From positions 12,725 through 76,724 of IMG/VR virus record IMGVR_UViG_3300044846_001307: a stretch of DNA of 64,000 nucleotides. One strand, written 5' to 3'. The number at the start of each line of letters is the position of its first letter. Position 1 is the first letter of the stretch. Shown here in pieces: positions 58,872-64,000 of the stretch. Made by a program: the position numbers and the translations under genes. The stretch is from a virus. Below the pieces are notes generated by a model. That model was not told where the DNA came from. It was given only the letters and a program-made list of their open reading frames with translations, and searched no databases.

Positions 58872-59909
58872 CTAAAGAACTCTATTATTCACATTTCTAT
58901 ATGGACCATTTGGTGAATGACTCATGAACATATAATAATACTTACCATACATTGCTTTTCTATTAGTCCACCACATTTGTTCCATCTCTCTAAAGTTTGG
59001 AGTATTGACAAGACTAAGAGCATTAGTTCTTGCAGGTTTCAATCTAGATTCTACAAGCTGTAATCTTTGTGATACATCTTCTCCATTTAAAAACAAATTC
59101 TCAAGTATTCTAGACTTCAATGCATACTCATAATACTCATTCAATAAGTCATGATCAGGTACCATTAAGTTACCATTGTCATCAGTAAGATCTCCTTGAT
59201 AATTTAAATATACTTTACCAGATTCAAAAGTTGTGTTTAAAAATCCATATTTAATCCAACCTTCGTTAGGTGTATTAAAATACAAGTTAGGACAATCACA
59301 CTCAATCTCCTGACTTGTTTTCATTCTCAATGGTGTTAGAGCAGTATACTGTCTTGTTGTAGTTGCATTAATAACTTGTATTAACTCCCATTTCTCTCCC
59401 TTACAATTCATAAATACTCTTGGAGCAATACAAGTATTACCGTAAGGATTTAATGGGTCATACTCTGTAGGAATTGGATCTACTATAGGATGATTAAGGT
59501 CACAGGCAGCTGTATGATTACATGGATTTGAATTACATGTTCTACAGTTTACAGTTTCAGGAGCGCAGATATCTACATTCCCAGGTACTTCTTGATAAAG
59601 TACTTCTTGCATATTAGTACCACTAGCAAGACCATCATAACCTACTATCTCTTTAAAATTTCCACAGATCATAGCAAAGTTGAAAGTGTAAAAATCATCA
59701 GGTAGTTTTACCTTATGATGACATACATCTAGAATAACCTCCTTAGTCTGGTTAATTCTAAGACCTAAATCATAATTAATCTTCTTAGCTAATTTGATAA
59801 GCTGTTGTGGCTCAATCATATTCTCTAAGGCAAATGTATTTAAGTCAATAGTAACATCTTCCAGCAACTGGTCAAATGTTCTATATTTTAGTGTATAGTT
59901 AAAGTCCAT
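58872..59909 (-). CDS. tail tubular/ring protein with Cys-rich insertion
   Basis: LPDDF and GKVYLNY.G...D.G..MVPD...EY motifs; position between IHF-like and stabilisation genes. Confidence 0.65.
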   Translation of the reverse strand: MDFNYTLKYRTFDQLLEDVTIDLNTFALENMIEPQQLIKLAKKINYDLGLRINQTKEVILDVCHHKVKLPDDFYTFNFAMICGNFKEIVGYDGLASGTNMQEVLYQEVPGNVDICAPETVNCRTCNSNPCNHTAACDLNHPIVDPIPTEYDPLNPYGNTCIAPRVFMNCKGEKWELIQVINATTTRQYTALTPLRMKTSQEIECDCPNLYFNTPNEGWIKYGFLNTTFESGKVYLNYQGDLTDDNGNLMVPDHDLLNEYYEYALKSRILENLFLNGEDVSQRLQLVESRLKPARTNALSLVNTPNFREMEQMWWTNRKAMYGKYYYMFMSHSPNGPYRNVNNRVL

Positions 59910-60571
59910 TATCTTAATACGTTTTGACTATCATCCGGTCCATCAGTTGGAACTTGCATAGCCATAGTTAATTCTTTTACAACAAATTGCTCTATTTCAG
60001 AGAATAAATATTCAGGAAAAGGTAATGGATTATCTTGTCTAATTAAACAAGCATCACTCTCACATGTATCAACAGCTCCTTCAAAGATAGCTTCCATTCT
60101 AATAGCATCCCAATCTACATTAGGGCAGTATATGTATCCATTAAGATACCAGAAGTATTGTTTTCTATTATACTTAAATGTGGTTGATTTTGTAATTGAT
60201 ACCCAAGTACCAGGATCTGTACGGAACATCTCTATAGAACCATCTATAGAAGATACAGTACGTATGATAGGACCCATTGCACCATCAAAAATTGTTGGAA
60301 GTTTATCCTTAGATCTTTTAAAGTAACACTCAGAGTATACACCAATACAACCAGCTTCAACTTTGTCTACATCAATTAACTCAATATAGGGAAGCACATT
60401 GAAGATAGAACTAATTTTCATTAATCTAAATTGATTATCCTCTCTCTTTAAAAGAGTTTGTCCATATTTGATTATAGAATAGTAAATTGTTCTATCAGTA
60501 AGAAACGGATCTTCCTTAACGGCTTTCAACGTATTTCTTACTCTTGATATAGCTTCTCCAATTGTTGTCAT
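59909..60571 (-). CDS. tail/neck ring structural protein
   Basis: 220 aa; YFWYLNGYIY and EAIFE...D.PLPFP; synteny. Confidence 0.55.
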   Translation of the reverse strand: MTTIGEAISRVRNTLKAVKEDPFLTDRTIYYSIIKYGQTLLKREDNQFRLMKISSIFNVLPYIELIDVDKVEAGCIGVYSECYFKRSKDKLPTIFDGAMGPIIRTVSSIDGSIEMFRTDPGTWVSITKSTTFKYNRKQYFWYLNGYIYCPNVDWDAIRMEAIFEGAVDTCESDACLIRQDNPLPFPEYLFSEIEQFVVKELTMAMQVPTDGPDDSQNVLR

Positions 60572-61149
60572 ATCTCAAATTCATTATAATTTTCTAAAGC
60601 TTTTTTATTAACTTTATTTAAATGATCTCTATAAATTACACTATTATAAACTTTATCTATTTTTGCTTTTGGTAAAACTTGTAAATACATATTCCAATTG
60701 TCAGGATATGATTTAGCTACAGCTCTTTTAAATTCCCTACATGCAGTAAAACTCCAAAACTCTCTATTCTTCATCTTGTGTTTAGGTGCATAGTTTGTAA
60801 AAAATATCTTAGCTAGTTTACCATCTGTGTCCCAGTTTTTATTGCTTACTTGTACTCCGTATTTATTTGATTTAGCAAAATCAATATTATCTTTTTTACT
60901 TCTTTGACAAGTACCAATAAATAACCAACCTATCTGCTCAGGTAATTGGACACCATCCCTTGTATCAATCACTGTTTGATATAATACTTGGTTAAATCTT
61001 TTAATGATTTTCCTAAGTATTTTATTATCCAGATCCTTATATTTAGGATGTATTTTTTTAAAGTTATCAAAGAACTCTTTGTTCAAAATAGTGTATACTT
61101 CAGGTCTATACCTAGAAGCATTTAAATCAGGCTTGTTAAATTCCCTCAT
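60568..61149 (-). CDS. IHF/HU-like DNA-binding protein (crAss-like structural module)
   Basis: Basic protein; IIKRFNQVLYQTVI...GVQLPEQIGWLFI fits the HU/IHF helix-strand pattern; synteny. Confidence 0.55.
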   Translation of the reverse strand: MREFNKPDLNASRYRPEVYTILNKEFFDNFKKIHPKYKDLDNKILRKIIKRFNQVLYQTVIDTRDGVQLPEQIGWLFIGTCQRSKKDNIDFAKSNKYGVQVSNKNWDTDGKLAKIFFTNYAPKHKMKNREFWSFTACREFKRAVAKSYPDNWNMYLQVLPKAKIDKVYNSVIYRDHLNKVNKKALENYNEFEI

Positions 61150-61150
61150 A

Positions 61151-61182
61151 ATAATATACTAAAAAAAATTGACATTAGCAAA
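61151..61182 (-). promoter_or_regulatory. putative promoter TTTG-N20-TATATTAT
   Basis: Located between a terminator and ATG 61149; same 20-nt spacing as the other minus-strand elements. Confidence 0.4.
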
Positions 61183-61189
61183 TGTAACT

Positions 61190-61220
61190 AAAAAACAAAG
61201 CCCCTGCAAGTGCAGAGGCT
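61190..61220 (-). terminator. intrinsic terminator
   Basis: Minus strand AGCCTCTGC-actt-GCAGGGGCT followed by TTGTTTTTT. Confidence 0.75.
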
Positions 61221-61262
61221 ATGCCGTTGTTGTCACAGAAACCAACAAACTGTAACTTCTTT

Positions 61263-62210
61263 TTATCCAATAATAGTTACTCTTACAGTAACTGGTGGAT
61301 CAATAGGTGCTATATCTAATGTTATTGCAATATCTCCTGTGGTATCATTTGCTGTTATACTTACACCTGTTTCATTTGTTAAACCAATCCATGACCCATT
61401 AAATAAATACATTACATTAAATGTAAAATCACATGGTCTAACATTATTTACTCCACAAGCTTGTGATAATAATCCACATGCTGTAAGTTCTGTACCCAGT
61501 ATAGTTATTACTTGACTATCAAATACAACACCTGTAAATACTTTTACAAACTTTTTAACTCCTGTAGCACTGATCGTATACTCTGTATTATTACCTACTA
61601 CAACTGGAGTAACATCAATTCCGTTATCTCCTAATATTGTTACTGTAGGTAAATTAGAAATTTCTGTACAGAAATAACTAACAACATCTTCTATTGCAGA
61701 AATAATTGTACTATCTTCCGTTACAACTACATCTTGTCCACAACTTATATCTGCTGGAATTATAGTTGAATCACAAAAATAAGAAACAATATCTTCTATT
61801 GCATCTACTACTGTTGTACCTTCGGCTACTACAGTTGTTTGACCACAATCTAAATCTGTAGTTATTGTTGTTTGTGCACAAAAATAAGAAACAGTATTTG
61901 CTAATGCTAAAGTAATAGCTGTGTCAGCTGCTACTACCACATCTGTATTACATAAAAGATTATTAGCTACTGTTGTTTTAAAACATAAGTAGTCTACAAT
62001 ATTATTTATGGCTGCTGCCATATTTGTATCTGTAGGAACTACCGTATCATCAAAACATAAAATATCATCTCCTGTATACATAATACATTGTGCATACTGA
62101 ATCTCAGCACACTCTTCAAAAGGACATCCTACTGGACTAGGACATACTGGTGGTGTAGTTAAGAAATTATCCTCACATCCACATTTTGCACATTTATTTT
62201 GTAAACTCAT
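61263..62210 (-). CDS. Cys-rich structural (fibre/collar-like) protein with four ~35-aa repeats
   Basis: 315 aa; repeats LxCxxxxVVxxxTxxxxA[IL]xx[IVT]VxY[FL]C. Confidence 0.65.
   Translation of the reverse strand: MSLQNKCAKCGCEDNFLTTPPVCPSPVGCPFEECAEIQYAQCIMYTGDDILCFDDTVVPTDTNMAAAINNIVDYLCFKTTVANNLLCNTDVVVAADTAITLALANTVSYFCAQTTITTDLDCGQTTVVAEGTTVVDAIEDIVSYFCDSTIIPADISCGQDVVVTEDSTIISAIEDVVSYFCTEISNLPTVTILGDNGIDVTPVVVGNNTEYTISATGVKKFVKVFTGVVFDSQVITILGTELTACGLLSQACGVNNVRPCDFTFNVMYLFNGSWIGLTNETGVSITANDTTGDIAITLDIAPIDPPVTVRVTIIG
61668..62063 (-). repeat. four degenerate tandem ~105-nt coding repeats
   Basis: ILCFDDTVV...VDYLC; LLCNTDVVV...VSYFC; LDCGQTTVV...VSYFC; ISCGQDVVV...VSYFC. Confidence 0.8.
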
Positions 62211-62225
62211 TTTTATAGTTTTATT

Positions 62226-63947
62226 TTAACCAACTTCACATGTTCCTGCACAAGCATTAGCATCTAATGTTGGTGTAGGTATTGCTGTTACACATGGGCC
62301 AACAAATGCTGTAAGTCCATCAAGAATAAGTAAAAATCCACCTAAATCATCTTGGTCATCTGCATTAATTGTAATAGGAAATGTATTAGCACTAAAGTTA
62401 ACATCTATTCCTTGTACACCTGTAGTTGCATCACTAGATGTATTAGTACCAGCTGCTTTAAAATCTGGAACATATTGTCCAGCTGTAACATGTGATATAA
62501 CATAATTCATAACTGAAGTACTCCATGCACCTGGATTACATCCTGATACAAAACTTTCCTCTAAATCTGCTAATGTTCCCCATGTTAGCACACCTGCTGG
62601 GCTAATACTAACATTAGCCATAGTTGTAACAATAGTACTACATGCTCCTGTGTCCATGTTTCTCCAACCCATTCTCCAACCAAAACTGTATGAAGCATCA
62701 AGATCATAACCTACTGGTAACACAGCTGTTGGAATCACATTAGCACCTTTGTTAAATTGTAGAGCACCTCCTGAAAGTAAATTTACTCCACCAACACCTT
62801 GATAAGGAGTTTTACTATATGCAGGTGATGAACTTAAACTATCTTTACCTTCATATGTATTTGTTCCAGCTTTATATAGCCATGTCACAACAGTTCCTGG
62901 AAGTGTGCCACTATCTAATGGAATAGCAAGTGTACCTCTAAAATGTAATACATTACCTATTCTTCTAACTTGAGGTTTTTTAATAATCATTGTTGGATCA
63001 GTAGAATAGAAATCAAAACCTAATAAACAATGCCAACCTGTATCTTGAACAGCTGCCGATAACACACCTGATGTATAAGTTAAGTTTACAGTAGTTGTAT
63101 CTTGAACAGTTATTGTATTACCTGATAAATAATCATAGATATCACAGATTACTATCCAAAGATTAGTAACAGCATCTGCTACTGTTGTAGGAGTGTTTAC
63201 CCAAGAACCTAAATATTCAGTTCCAAAAGGTACTGGAGGATTACTTAAAGTAGGTGACGTAGATGTAATACATTGTGAAGATACTGCAGAAAGTACATCA
63301 CCAGGTAATCCTGTTGAATCTATTAATGAACAATATCCGTTTGTAGGATCATTTACTAATGCATTTAATACTGTATCAATAGGATATGCCGACCCACCTA
63401 AAACTGTAGATGATAAATCACAATTTACAGTAATACTTGGTAATGTAAATACAGCTGTTGGAGTATTCTCTAGTACAGTAACTCTATTATCAAGATTAGT
63501 AATTTGTGTTTGTAGATTTGTAATTGTACCTACTAAATCACAAACTCTTTCTCCAATCATTTGAACATAGTCTGTTAATTGCATAGTAGTCTGTGTACCA
63601 ATAATAAAACAGGGTGCTATAGATACTACACAATCAGGACATGTTGACGTAGCTGGGTTTGTATTAGGAGTTACTCCTTCTAATGCACAAATGTGATCAA
63701 TTAGAAATTGAATCAATGCTTGAAAATCTACTGGAGGACAAGCACTTGAATTAAAACATGTTAGATCATAATTATTTACATTAAGTTGATCTAAGATAGT
63801 ACATAATTCTGCAGCCAACTTAGCAACAACATCTGATACTGTATCTCCCTTACATAATTTAATACAAGCCAAATCTGGTCCTTGCCAAATAACACAATTA
63901 CTTGACGTTGGACTACATGGTGAGTTATCTAAATTTAACGGCTTCAT
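62226..63947 (-). CDS. Cys-rich tail fibre-like protein (likely ATG 63947; ORF track opens at TTG 63974)
   Basis: SNCVIWQGPDLxC N-terminus, heptad ITNLQTQITNLDNRVTVLE, C-terminal DTGW...RRIGNVLHFRG fibre-type motif. Confidence 0.65.
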   Translation of the reverse strand: MKPLNLDNSPCSPTSSNCVIWQGPDLACIKLCKGDTVSDVVAKLAAELCTILDQLNVNNYDLTCFNSSACPPVDFQALIQFLIDHICALEGVTPNTNPATSTCPDCVVSIAPCFIIGTQTTMQLTDYVQMIGERVCDLVGTITNLQTQITNLDNRVTVLENTPTAVFTLPSITVNCDLSSTVLGGSAYPIDTVLNALVNDPTNGYCSLIDSTGLPGDVLSAVSSQCITSTSPTLSNPPVPFGTEYLGSWVNTPTTVADAVTNLWIVICDIYDYLSGNTITVQDTTTVNLTYTSGVLSAAVQDTGWHCLLGFDFYSTDPTMIIKKPQVRRIGNVLHFRGTLAIPLDSGTLPGTVVTWLYKAGTNTYEGKDSLSSSPAYSKTPYQGVGGVNLLSGGALQFNKGANVIPTAVLPVGYDLDASYSFGWRMGWRNMDTGACSTIVTTMANVSISPAGVLTWGTLADLEESFVSGCNPGAWSTSVMNYVISHVTAGQYVPDFKAAGTNTSSDATTGVQGIDVNFSANTFPITINADDQDDLGGFLLILDGLTAFVGPCVTAIPTPTLDANACAGTCEVG

Positions 63948-64000
63948 ACTTTTTTCTATTAATATAATATACAAATTATTATTAAGAATTGCAACTATTG

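Noticed and set aside
105-63564. Many 60-176 aa ORFs antisense to, or in alternate frames within, the long genes (for example 105-464, 1399-1749, 16619-17149, 41372-41770, 61210-61515, 63193-63564)
   Set aside because: Fully or largely overlap well-supported genes, have S/L/F-rich shadow-frame composition and show no motifs.
1-64000. Stop-codon reassignment (known in some crAss-like phages)
   Set aside because: The standard code gives uninterrupted ORFs up to 3315 aa with near-complete coding density; TAG (9835) and TGA (4739, 10282) act as stops before terminators or overlapping starts.
1-64000. CRISPR array, tRNA/rRNA, diversity-generating retroelement, integrase or IS element
   Set aside because: Intergenic gaps are under about 115 nt; no repeat-spacer pattern, cloverleaf, reverse transcriptase or recombinase motifs were seen.

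Overview
AT-rich, densely coding fragment of a lytic dsDNA phage genome. Gene content and order point to a crAss-like (Crassvirales-type) phage of a Bacteroidota host; this assignment comes from motifs and synteny, not from a database search. Two arms converge at about 11.8 kb. The + arm (1-11786) is a replication/metabolism block: DUF6915-like protein, metallopeptidase-VWA plus MoxR-like AAA+ pair, PD-(D/E)XK exonuclease, family B DNA polymerase, DUF932-like protein, MazG-like NTP pyrophosphatase and 2OG-Fe(II) oxygenase. The - arm (11810-63947) is the virion block: tail fibre-like genes, IHF/HU-like protein, tail tube and tail stabilisation proteins, five 1000-1450 aa putative head-cargo proteins, and three giant ejection proteins including a virion RNA polymerase with a DFDID motif. 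The most unusual signals are: (1) four cargo proteins divided into modules by recurrent xxGG and [LM]xxAxxG motifs, sharing N- and C-terminal tags and carrying effector-like domains (SET, ART-like, degenerate zincin), which suggests a virion-delivered polyprotein effector system; (2) the three giant ejection proteins (about 7750 aa) appear to have cysteines only at their adjoining termini, which suggests head-to-tail linkage; (3) a 17-bp palindrome plus TAnATTTA box repeated with identical spacing in two intergenic regions; (4) a canonical beta-clamp-binding motif (QLSLF) ending the phage PolB. No tRNA, rRNA, CRISPR array, integrase or stop-codon recoding was evident.
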